The notes beneath the pieces were generated by a model. The model saw only the letters and a list, made by a program, of their open reading frames with translations, had not been told where the DNA came from and did not search any database. Shown here in pieces: positions 17,261 through 25,858 of a stretch of 54,443 nt of DNA; within the stretch, counting starts at the first letter, position 1; every line of letters begins with the position of its first letter. Made by a program: the position numbers and the translations under genes. Source of the stretch: Myxococcales bacterium (GTDB taxonomy: Bacteria > Myxococcota_A > Polyangia > Polyangiales > Houyiibacteriaceae). Where the stretch lies: assembly GCA_012744445.1 (NCBI GenBank), contig JAAYBZ010000006.1:1-54443 (forward strand), written 5' to 3'.

Positions 17261-18193
17261 ATGTCGACCTTCCAAACGGCGACGATCTTCGTCGCGACGG
17301 TGGTGCTCTTCCTCCACGGGCTCCAAGGCTTCAGCCAAGAGGTCCAGGCGGCGGGGTCGAGCACCTTCCAGAGCCTCCTCGGCAAGCTCACCAAGACCCG
17401 TTTCCGCGGCTTCTTGCTCGGTCTGGGCATCACGAGCCTCGTCCAATCGTCGAGCGCCGTCTCCTCGATCACCGTGGCGCTCGTCGACTCGGGGGCGATC
17501 ACCTTTCGGAACAGCCTCGCCGTCCTCCTCGGCGCCAAGATCGGCACCACCGGCACCGCCTGGCTCGTCTCCTTCGAGCTCGCCAGCATCGGCGCCTTCT
17601 TCATCGTGGCGGGCGCCGTCCTGGGGGTCATGCCCGTGCGGGCCAAGATCTTCGGGAAGGCGCTCTTCTACTTCGGCTTCATCCTCTTCGCGCTCGACCT
17701 CCTGAGCGGGAGCCTCGAGCCCATCCGCGAGTCGCCCTTCCTCCGTGAGCTCCTCGGCGCGACGGCCTCGCTCCCGCTCTCCGTGCTCATCGGCGTGATC
17801 GTCACGCTCATCGTCCAGTCCTCGAGCGTGACCTCGGGCCTCGCCGTCGTGCTCGCGCAACAAGGTGTCGTCGCGCCCGAGGCGGCCATCGCCGTCGTCA
17901 TCGGCGCGTCGATCGGCACCACGTCCACCGCGCTCATCGCCAGCGCCAAGATGGGCTCGGCCGCCAAGCGCGCCGCCCGCGCCAACACCCTCTTCAACGT
18001 GGTCGGCGCGGTGGCGCTCCTGCCCTTCCTCGATCGCTTCTCGGCCGCGATCCTCGCCGTGGGCCTCGACGACGGAAAGTCCGTGGCGCTGGCGCAGCTC
18101 GTCTTCGCCGTGGTGGTGACGATCCCCTTCTTGATCTTCCTCCGGCCCTTCGAGCGCCTGGTCTTCAAGCTCTGGCCGCCCTCCACGGTCTGA
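17261..18193 (+). CDS. Na+/Pi cotransporter family protein (short form, no PhoU-like tail)
   Basis: Two repeats: LVQSSSA...LGAKIGTT and IVQSSSV...IGASIGTT. Confidence 0.9.
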   Translation: MSTFQTATIFVATVVLFLHGLQGFSQEVQAAGSSTFQSLLGKLTKTRFRGFLLGLGITSLVQSSSAVSSITVALVDSGAITFRNSLAVLLGAKIGTTGTAWLVSFELASIGAFFIVAGAVLGVMPVRAKIFGKALFYFGFILFALDLLSGSLEPIRESPFLRELLGATASLPLSVLIGVIVTLIVQSSSVTSGLAVVLAQQGVVAPEAAIAVVIGASIGTTSTALIASAKMGSAAKRAARANTLFNVVGAVALLPFLDRFSAAILAVGLDDGKSVALAQLVFAVVVTIPFLIFLRPFERLVFKLWPPSTV

Positions 18194-18251
18194 AACGAGA
18201 ACGCGCGGCGCCGGAGGTCCGACGTCGCGCGCTCGGTGGGGAGGGGCTGGC

Positions 18252-19703
18252 TCAGCGGTGCTGGTAGAGGCTGAGCGCGCCCACGTAGAGGAAGCCGACC
18301 ATGAAGAGCACCATGAAGGGGATGCTCACCCAGGCGCCGAGGTAGACGGCGAGGCCGATGGTGGCGGCGAAGTAGAGGCCGAAGAAGATCTCGAGGAGCG
18401 AGTGCACCGGGAAGGAGGCGCGGTAGCTCTTCTTCTTCCAGACGGGCTTCTTCTCGCTCCCCACCACGCCGTGCTTGGGCGTGCGCACGAACTCCACGTC
18501 GTTGCCGAAGAGGCCCTCGAGCACCGCGCGGCTGTTGTTGATGGAGAGCCCGATGCCGAGCGCCATCATCATGGGCAGGCGCACGATGGCCTGCTTGAGG
18601 TCGCCGTAGAGCGCCTTCTGGCTCACCAGGTAGAAGAGCACGATCGAGCCCGTGGTCGCGGCGAAGAGCGGCGCGTCGAGCAGGAGGAGCTCCGGCCGGT
18701 CGATCTCGAGTCGCATCAGCATGTTGGGGAGCTGGAGGATCGCGAGGAGGACCAGGAAGAGGTAGGCGAAGTTGTTGGTCAGGTGGAAGATGCACTCGAT
18801 CTTCACCTTGAGCGGGATGTCCGCCTTGATGACCGTCCAGAGGAGTTTGCGCGTGGTCTGCGCCGAACCCTTGGCCCAGCGGTACTGCTGGCTCTTGAAC
18901 GAGTTCATCTCGCAGGGGACCTCGGCCGGCGCGACGGCCTGCGGGACGTAGACGAACTCCCAGCCGCGGAGCTGCGCGCGGAAGCTGAGGTCCATGTCCT
19001 CGGTGACCGTGTCGTGCTGCCAGCCGCCCGCGTCTTCGATGGCCGAGCGGCGCCACACGCCCGCCGTGCCGTTGAAGTTGAAGAAGCGGCCCGAGCGGTT
19101 GCGCGCGATGTGCTCGATGACGAAGTGGCCGTCGAGCATCATCGACTGGCACTGCGTGAGCAGCGAGTAGTCGCGGTTGAGGTGGGTCCACCGCGCCTGC
19201 ACCATCCCGACCTTGGGGTTGGTGAAGTGGTGGATGAGGCTCATCAGGATGTCGGAGTTCGGCACGAAGTCCGCGTCGAACACCATGAGGAACTCGCCCT
19301 TGGCCACCTTGGTGGCCGCCTCGAGCGCGCCGGCCTTGTAGCCCGTGCGGTCGGTGCGGTGGATGTAGACCGCGTCGAAGCCGCGCTCGCGGAGCTCCTC
19401 GGTCTTCTTGCGCGCGATCTCCTGCGTCTCGTCGGTGCTGTCGTCGAGGACCTGGATCTCCAGCCTGTCGCGCGGGTAGTCGATGGTCGCCACGCCCTCG
19501 AGGAGCCGCTCGACCACGTACTTCTCGTTGAAGATCGGGAGCTGGATGGTGACGACGGGGAGCTCCTCGAAGTGCTCCGGCGGCGTGGGCTTGTTCCGGT
19601 AGTACTTGAAGTAGAGCCAGAGCAGCTGGGCGCGGTGGAAGCCATAGAGGCCCAGGATCGCCAGGATCGTCAGGTACAGCGCGATGATGAGGATCTGTGC
19701 CAC
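18252..19703 (-). CDS. Processive GT2 glycosyltransferase (CESA/CslA-like)
   Basis: VTIQLPIFNE, QVLDDSTD, GYKAGAL, FDADF, FNGTAGVWR, TEDMDLS and QQYRWAKG (D,D,D,QxxRW), with flanking TM helices. No PilZ domain. Confidence 0.93.
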   Translation of the reverse strand: MAQILIIALYLTILAILGLYGFHRAQLLWLYFKYYRNKPTPPEHFEELPVVTIQLPIFNEKYVVERLLEGVATIDYPRDRLEIQVLDDSTDETQEIARKKTEELRERGFDAVYIHRTDRTGYKAGALEAATKVAKGEFLMVFDADFVPNSDILMSLIHHFTNPKVGMVQARWTHLNRDYSLLTQCQSMMLDGHFVIEHIARNRSGRFFNFNGTAGVWRRSAIEDAGGWQHDTVTEDMDLSFRAQLRGWEFVYVPQAVAPAEVPCEMNSFKSQQYRWAKGSAQTTRKLLWTVIKADIPLKVKIECIFHLTNNFAYLFLVLLAILQLPNMLMRLEIDRPELLLLDAPLFAATTGSIVLFYLVSQKALYGDLKQAIVRLPMMMALGIGLSINNSRAVLEGLFGNDVEFVRTPKHGVVGSEKKPVWKKKSYRASFPVHSLLEIFFGLYFAATIGLAVYLGAWVSIPFMVLFMVGFLYVGALSLYQHR

Positions 19704-19998
19704 GGGGACTCCGAATCGCCCCCCCTCGGGGGAGGACCGAATTTGGGGTGGATTCCACCATGGCGCGATGCATCAAATGTCATCCGCTTGTAATTCTTTG
19801 TGAGCGGAACGGGCGGGTGCGGGGCCCGCGCTCGGCGCTCTCGCGCGAGCGCCGGTGCGAGACGCGGGGGCGGAGCTTCATGTGCGCGGCGGCGCGTTGG
19901 CGCCCCCCTCGGGAGCTCCGTTTGACGAAGCGCGCGCCGGACGATCACGTTGAGCGTCGAGGGGCCGCGGCCCCTCTCCGAATCAAGGAGACCACCAC

Positions 19999-20712
19999 GT
20001 GAACTCGAAAGCCCATCGATCGGCGGCACCTCGCTCCGGAGACCTCGTGCTCGCAGCGCTCCTCGCCTCGATGCTCTGCGGTCCGCTCGGATGCGGGAAG
20101 GAAGAGGCGGCCGAACCCGGCGCGGGCAAGGCCACCTCGGTCTCGGCCGTGGAGCGGGACGAGGCCGCGGGGGTGGAGGCCGTCGCGGCCGAAGCGATCG
20201 CGGAGGGGGAGGCCGAGGTCGTCCAGAGCCTCTACCGCCCCGATGCGGGCGAGATCTTCGCGTGGCGGCGCGCCGGAGAGGGCGACGTCGCCCGGATCGA
20301 GAAGGCCCTCGAGCGGCTCCGCCGACCCGAGACGAATGCCGTCGGCACGATCGACGTCGCCGTGCTCCTCCGTAGCCCGCGCGCCGTGGAGCCCGCCGTG
20401 TGGGAGGGCTGCACGATGAAGGCCCAGATCGAGCACGAGGCGACGAACGCCCGGACCGTGGTGCGCTCCTGCCCGCTCGCCGGCGCCGCGTCACGCCCGT
20501 ATTGGAAGCACGTGATGGCGCTCGCCTCCTTCGTGAAGCGCGGCGCCGCGGCGCGCCTCCTCGACGCCAACGACGAGTTCGCCGAGAGCGTCGCCGTGGA
20601 CGAGACCCATGGCGTCTTCCTCCTCCAACACGACCACGATCGCGTCGAGCCCATCTACTTCGCCTTCCGCGTGAGCGGCGACGAGCTCGTCCTCTTGGCG
20701 GTCGTGATCTGA
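19999..20712 (+). CDS. Hypothetical lipoprotein
   Basis: AAGGAG RBS, GTG start, LVLAALLASMLCGPLGC lipobox-like signal and host-like codons. Confidence 0.7.
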   Translation: MNSKAHRSAAPRSGDLVLAALLASMLCGPLGCGKEEAAEPGAGKATSVSAVERDEAAGVEAVAAEAIAEGEAEVVQSLYRPDAGEIFAWRRAGEGDVARIEKALERLRRPETNAVGTIDVAVLLRSPRAVEPAVWEGCTMKAQIEHEATNARTVVRSCPLAGAASRPYWKHVMALASFVKRGAAARLLDANDEFAESVAVDETHGVFLLQHDHDRVEPIYFAFRVSGDELVLLAVVI

Positions 20713-21102
20713 GGTCGAGGTCGGCGCGTCGGGCGCACCCGACCGGCGCGGATCTCGTGGCCGGGGCGCGGCTCGTCTTCATGGACGAGAGCGCGACGCA
20801 GGCGACGACCGTGTTCGAGAAGGACCACCGCTTCACCTTCGCGGTGAAGGGCGTCATCCAGTCTTGGGCCAGCTTCAGGCAATCGTACGGAGCGGCGAGC
20901 TTTCGAGCTCACCGAGGGTCTTGGAGATGGCGTGTGACATCGCCGCCATCACCCCGGGGTGCGAATTGCGAACGCCGTCGAGCCCGATCCCGCGAAGCGG
21001 CATCCCACCTCTACCGCCGGATAGGCCCCACTCCTCCCACCTCGGTGAGGAAATCTCGGGCGCGTGACTCGACCGGAGGGGCCTGCGGGGCTAGGAAGGC
21101 GC

Positions 21103-22278
21103 ATGCTAGGTATGCGCGCAGGTTTTGCACGGAGCTGGCTTTTCCTCTGCATTCTGTTCGTGTCGGTCCTCACGGGCGCGTGTGATGGTGCCCAGAACCA
21201 GGCCGCCCCGCCCGCGGCGCCACCGCCCGAGATTCCGGTGGTGGAGGTGCAGTACACCAAGCTCACGGTCACCGATCGGCTGCCGGGGCGCGTCACGGCC
21301 ATCCGGACGGCCGAGGTGCGCCCCCAGGTCGGGGGCATCCTCAAGAAGCGCCTCTTCGAAGAGGGCGACATGGTGAAGGCCGGTCAGGCCCTCTATCAGA
21401 TCGAGCCGGACCTCTTCCGCGCCGAGGTCGCCGCGGCGCGGGCCGCGCGGGATCGCGCCAAGGCCAACCTCGCGCTCGCCGAGTCGGAAGCCAACCGCGC
21501 GACGAGCGTCCGCGGCACGGGCGCGCTGAGCGAGCGGGAGATCGACGCCGCCGTGGCCCAGGCCGAGCTCGCCAAGGCCGACCTCGCCCAGGCCGAGGCC
21601 GCCCTCGCGCGGGCGAGCCTCAACCTCCAATACGCCACGGTGCGCGCCCCCATCGCGGGCCGCATCGGCATCTCGCGGGTGACGGAGGGCGCGCTCCTCA
21701 CGGTGAACGATCCCCTCCCGCTCGCGACGATCCACCAGATCGACGACGTCTACGTCGACATCAAGCAGCCGGTGGCGCGCTACGAGGAGCTGCGCCGGGC
21801 CTTCGACAGCGGCCGCATCGTCCGCGAAGAGGGCCTGCCCGTGGAGCTCGAGTCGCCGCAGGGCAAGAAGTACGAGGAGACCGGCCGCCTGCTCTTTGCC
21901 GACATCGACGTCGACGCGAGCACGAGCGAGGTCACGCTCCGCGTCCTCGTGAACAACCCCAAGCTCACGCTCCTGCCGGGGATGTTCGTGCGGGCGCTCA
22001 TCACCTTCGGCGAGGACCAGAACGCGCTCCTCATCCCGCAGCAGGCCGTCCAGCGCGACGCCTCGCTCGGCGCGCAGATCTTCGTCGTCAACGACAAGGA
22101 CGAGATCGAGGTGCGCCCCGTGACCACCGGCCGCGTCGTCGACAACCAATACCTCGTCCTCGAAGGCGTCGAGCCCGGCGATCGCGTCGTCGTCGAGGGC
22201 CACGACAAGGTCCGTACGGGGACCAAGGTGGTCCCCACGCCGTGGAAGCGCCAAGCTTCTTCGACCGAAGAGGGCTGA
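21103..22278 (+). CDS. RND efflux periplasmic adaptor subunit (AcrA/MexA family)
   Basis: LTGAC lipobox. LPGRV-A-R-AEVRPQVGGI, F-EG-VKAGQ-LYQI, VRAPIAGRIG and LLPGMFVR motifs. Start is 21103 or 21112. Confidence 0.93.
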   Translation: MLGMRAGFARSWLFLCILFVSVLTGACDGAQNQAAPPAAPPPEIPVVEVQYTKLTVTDRLPGRVTAIRTAEVRPQVGGILKKRLFEEGDMVKAGQALYQIEPDLFRAEVAAARAARDRAKANLALAESEANRATSVRGTGALSEREIDAAVAQAELAKADLAQAEAALARASLNLQYATVRAPIAGRIGISRVTEGALLTVNDPLPLATIHQIDDVYVDIKQPVARYEELRRAFDSGRIVREEGLPVELESPQGKKYEETGRLLFADIDVDASTSEVTLRVLVNNPKLTLLPGMFVRALITFGEDQNALLIPQQAVQRDASLGAQIFVVNDKDEIEVRPVTTGRVVDNQYLVLEGVEPGDRVVVEGHDKVRTGTKVVPTPWKRQASSTEEG

Positions 22279-22282
22279 GCCG

Positions 22283-25200
22283 ATGCCCCAGTTTTTCATC
22301 GAACGCCCGGTCTTCGCCTGGGTCATCGCGATCTTCATCGTGCTCGCCGGCGCGCTCTCGCTCACGCGCCTGCCGGTCGAGCGCTACCCGACGGTCGCCC
22401 CGCCGAGCGTCACCATCCAGGCCACGTACCCGGGCGCCACGCCCAAGACGCTCGCCGAGAGCGTCATCGAGCCGATCGAGCGCGAGATCTCGGGCGTGCC
22501 GGGCCTGCTCTACTTCGAGTCGTCCGCCGACACCTCCGGCATGGCGCGCATCATCGCGACCTTCGAGCCGGGGATCGATCCCGACCTCGCGCAGGTCGCG
22601 GTGCAGAACAAGCTGCGCACGGTCGAGCCGCGCCTCCCGCAGATGGTCCGCCAGATCGGCCTCACCGTCGACCTCGCGAACCAGAACTTCATGATGTTCC
22701 TCACGCTGCGCTCGCCGGGTGGCCGCTATACGCAGGCGATGCTCGGCGACTACATGTCGCGCCACATCGTCGAGGACATCAAGCGCGTCAAGGGCGTGGG
22801 CCGCGTGCAGGTCTTCGGCTCGCCGCTCGCGCTCCGCATCTGGATCGACCCGGTGAAGCTCACGGCGTTCGGCATCGCGGTCGACGACATCGCCGCCGCC
22901 GTCCGCGCGCAGAACGCCCAGATCTCGCCCGGCCGCCTCGGCGACATGCCGACCGTGCCCGGCCAGCGCGTCTCCGTCCCGCTCATCGTGCAGGGCGAGC
23001 TCGAGTCGCCCGAGGAGTTCGAGCAGATCGTGCTCCGCGCGAACCCCGACGGATCCAAGATCACGCTCGGCGACGTGGCGCGCGTGGAGATCGGCCCGCA
23101 GTTCTACCGCACCACCTCGCGCCTCAACGGCGCCACGGCGGCCACGGCGGGCATCCAGCTCCTCCCGGGCGCCAACGCCGTCGAGACGGCGAAGCTCCTC
23201 CAGGAGCGGCTCGAGGAGCTCTCGGTGAGCTTCCCCGAGGGCGTCATCTACGACATCCCCTACAACACGGCGCCCTTCGTCGAGATCTCGATCCAGAAGG
23301 TGGTGCAGACCTTCTTCGAGGCGCTCGTGCTCGTGTTCGCGGTGATGCTGCTCTTCCTGCAGAACATCCGCTACACGTTCATCCCGGCCATCGTCGCGCC
23401 CATCGCCATCATGGGCACCTTCGCCGTGATGCTCGCGCTCGGCTTCTCGGTGAACGTCCTCACGATGTTCGGCATGGTCCTCGCGATCGGCATCATCGTC
23501 GACGACGCCATCGTCGTGGTCGAGAACGTCGAGCGCATCATGCACGAGGAGAAACTCCCGCCGAAGGAGGCCACCAAGAAGGCGATGCGCGAGATCACGG
23601 GCGCCGTCATCGGCATCACGCTCGTGCTCACCGCCGTCTTCCTCCCGATGGCGCTCGCCTCGGGCTCGGTCGGCCGCATCTACCGGCAGTTCACGGTGTC
23701 GATGGCGGTCTCGATCGCGTTCTCGGCCTTCCTCGCGCTCTCGCTCACGCCGGCGCTCTGCGCGACGCTCCTCAAGCCGCTCGACGAGCACCACGACAAG
23801 CACAAGGGCTTCTTCGGCTGGTTCAACCGCGCCTTCGACTGGGCCACCGAGCGGTACTCGCGCGTGGTCGGCCGCGTCGTGAAGCACACGCCGAGCACGA
23901 TGGTGGCCTACCTGGGCGTCGCGGCGTTCACGGCCTTCATGTTCATGCGGCTCCCGGGCGCGTTCCTCCCCGAGGAGGACCAGGGCTACTGGATCTCCAC
24001 CATCCAGCTCCCGTCCGACGCGACGATGGAGCGCACGGCCGAGGCCGTGAAGAAGTACGAGGACTTCACCGCGGGCCGCGAGGTCATCGAGAACGTGCTC
24101 GCGATCCAGGGCTTCGGCTTCATGGGCGCGGGCCCGAACATCGCGATGATCTTCACCAACCTCAAGACCTGGGACAAACGCCGTCCCGACGAGGGCTCGG
24201 TGCAGGAAGAGGTCAACGCGGTGCGCGGGGCCTTCGCCGATCACAAGGACGGCCGGCTCATCGCCGTCGTCCCGCCGTCGATCTCCGAGCTCGGCAACAG
24301 CGCGGGCTTCGCGATGCGCCTGCTCGATCGCCACAACCTCGGCCCCGAGGCGCTCCAGGAGGCGACGATGAAGCTCCTCATCGCCGCCAACCAGAGCGAC
24401 GTGGTGCAGAACGTCTACGTGGAGGGCATCCCTCCCGGGCCCTTCGTTCGCCTGGTCATCGATCGTCAAGCGGCCGAGGCGCAGGGCGTGTCCTTCCCCT
24501 CGATCAACGCGACGGTCTCGGCGGCGCTCGGCTCGATGTACGTGAACGACTTCCCGTACCAGGGCCGGCTCCAGCAGGTGATCCTCCAGGCCGAGCCCTG
24601 GGCGCGCATGCAGATCGAGGACGTGCTCGACCTGCCCGTGCGCGCGCGCGACGGCTCGATGGTCAAGCTCGGCACCTTCGCCAAGCCCGAGTGGGAGCAC
24701 AACCCGCTCCAGCTCGTGCGCTACAACGGCTACCCGGCGGCGCGCATCTCGGGCTCGGCCAAGCCGGGCAAGAGCTCGGGTGAGGCCATGGCCGAGATGG
24801 AGCGGCTCGCGAAGGAGATCCTCCCGACGGGTTACGCGGTCGACTGGACGGGCCTCTCGTACCAGGAGCGGCTCTCGGGCTCGGAGGCGCCGGCGCTCCT
24901 CGCGCTCTCGATGCTCGTGGTCTTCCTCGTGCTCGCGGCGCTCTACGAGAACTGGTCGATCCCGCTCGCGGTCATGCTCGTGGTCCCGCTCGGCGTGATC
25001 GGCGCGCTCCTCGCCGTGACGATGCGTGGCCTGCCCAACGACGTCTTCTTCAAGGTCGGCCTCATCACGCTCATCGGCCTCTCCGCGAAGAACGCGATCC
25101 TCATCGTGGAGTTCGCGAAGCAGCTCGAGGAGCAGGGCAAGGGCGTGCTCGAGGCCGCGGTCGAGGCCGCGGGCCTCCGCCTCCGCCCGATCCTCATGAC

Positions 25201-25429
25201 CTCGCTCGCCTTCACGCTCGGCGTCTTCCCGCTCGTGATCGCGCGCGGCGCGAGCGCCGAGACGCAGAACGCCATCGGCACGGGCGTGTTCGGCGGCATG
25301 ATCTCGGGCACCTTCCTCGCGATCTTCCTCGTGCCCGTGTTCTACGTGGTGGTGCGGCGGCTCGTCGCGCGGGTGAAGAAGGAGCCGCCCGCGGCGCCTT
25401 CGCCGCTCGAGCCGCCCGTCGGCTCCTGA
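22283..25429 (+). CDS. Multidrug efflux RND permease (HAE1, AcrB/MexB/MexD family)
   Basis: FFIERPVFAWV, GIIVDDAIVVVENVER, LTPALCATLLK, PEEDQG, GLSAKNAILIVEFAK and RLRPILMTSLAF motifs. Confidence 0.96.
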   Translation: MPQFFIERPVFAWVIAIFIVLAGALSLTRLPVERYPTVAPPSVTIQATYPGATPKTLAESVIEPIEREISGVPGLLYFESSADTSGMARIIATFEPGIDPDLAQVAVQNKLRTVEPRLPQMVRQIGLTVDLANQNFMMFLTLRSPGGRYTQAMLGDYMSRHIVEDIKRVKGVGRVQVFGSPLALRIWIDPVKLTAFGIAVDDIAAAVRAQNAQISPGRLGDMPTVPGQRVSVPLIVQGELESPEEFEQIVLRANPDGSKITLGDVARVEIGPQFYRTTSRLNGATAATAGIQLLPGANAVETAKLLQERLEELSVSFPEGVIYDIPYNTAPFVEISIQKVVQTFFEALVLVFAVMLLFLQNIRYTFIPAIVAPIAIMGTFAVMLALGFSVNVLTMFGMVLAIGIIVDDAIVVVENVERIMHEEKLPPKEATKKAMREITGAVIGITLVLTAVFLPMALASGSVGRIYRQFTVSMAVSIAFSAFLALSLTPALCATLLKPLDEHHDKHKGFFGWFNRAFDWATERYSRVVGRVVKHTPSTMVAYLGVAAFTAFMFMRLPGAFLPEEDQGYWISTIQLPSDATMERTAEAVKKYEDFTAGREVIENVLAIQGFGFMGAGPNIAMIFTNLKTWDKRRPDEGSVQEEVNAVRGAFADHKDGRLIAVVPPSISELGNSAGFAMRLLDRHNLGPEALQEATMKLLIAANQSDVVQNVYVEGIPPGPFVRLVIDRQAAEAQGVSFPSINATVSAALGSMYVNDFPYQGRLQQVILQAEPWARMQIEDVLDLPVRARDGSMVKLGTFAKPEWEHNPLQLVRYNGYPAARISGSAKPGKSSGEAMAEMERLAKEILPTGYAVDWTGLSYQERLSGSEAPALLALSMLVVFLVLAALYENWSIPLAVMLVVPLGVIGALLAVTMRGLPNDVFFKVGLITLIGLSAKNAILIVEFAKQLEEQGKGVLEAAVEAAGLRLRPILMTSLAFTLGVFPLVIARGASAETQNAIGTGVFGGMISGTFLAIFLVPVFYVVVRRLVARVKKEPPAAPSPLEPPVGS

Positions 25430-25445
25430 GCTCCATCGGAACCGC

Positions 25446-25467
25446 CGCGCGCCCTCCGGGGCGCGCG
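25446..25467 (+). terminator. GC-rich hairpin after RND operon
   Basis: CGCGCGCCC-TCCG-GGGCGCGCG is a perfect 9-bp stem with a UNCG loop. The U-tract is weak. Confidence 0.45.
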
Positions 25468-25510
25468 ATGCGTTTGGGCTCCCGCGCGCGGATGGGGCAT
25501 GATCCCCCGC

Positions 25511-25837
25511 ATGAAGAAACTCGCCTTCCTCCTACTCTCCTCCTTCCTCGTGTTCCAGCTCGCCGCCTGCGGCGGCAAGGACGGCGCCTCGGAAGCGCGC
25601 GCCGACGTCTCCGCGGGCGACGAGTCGCCGCTCGTCCCGCCGGGTGAGACCAAGATCGGCGATCGTTCGACCTGCCCCGTGAGCGGCGAGGAATTCGTCG
25701 TCACCGAGAGCTCGCCCACCGTGGTCCACGAGGGCCGCACCTATCACTTCTGCTGCCCCGGCTGCGCGGCGCGCTTCGAGGCCGATCCCGACAAATACCT
25801 CGGCGCCCCCGTCGACGCCGAGGACGACGAGGACTGA
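25511..25837 (+). CDS. YHS-domain lipoprotein
   Basis: MKKLAFLLL...LAAC lipobox. CPVSG...HEGRTYHFCCPGCAARFEADPDKY YHS motif. Confidence 0.88.
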   Translation: MKKLAFLLLSSFLVFQLAACGGKDGASEARADVSAGDESPLVPPGETKIGDRSTCPVSGEEFVVTESSPTVVHEGRTYHFCCPGCAARFEADPDKYLGAPVDAEDDED

Positions 25838-25858
25838 TCTCCGCGGCGCCGGTGGAGC

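Noticed and set aside
18198-18234. Imperfect GC hairpin between convergent Na/Pi and GT2 genes
   Set aside because: It has mismatches and no U-tract, and such stems arise easily at this GC content, so it was not listed as a terminator.
19798-19808. TTGTGAGCGGA, matching half of the E. coli lac operator
   Set aside because: Only 11 nt match, the other half-site is absent, and there is no vector context. Chance match.
18252-19998. c-di-GMP-controlled cellulose synthesis or riboswitch linked to the GGDEF gene
   Set aside because: The GT2 has no PilZ domain, there are no bcsB/C/Z genes, the leader shows no recognisable riboswitch consensus, and the GGDEF is degenerate and 17 kb away.
21103-25837. 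Cus/Czc-type heavy-metal efflux system
   Set aside because: The permease has HAE1 (AcrB-like) signatures rather than CusA/CzcA ones, and the YHS gene is separated by a hairpin and has its own putative promoter.
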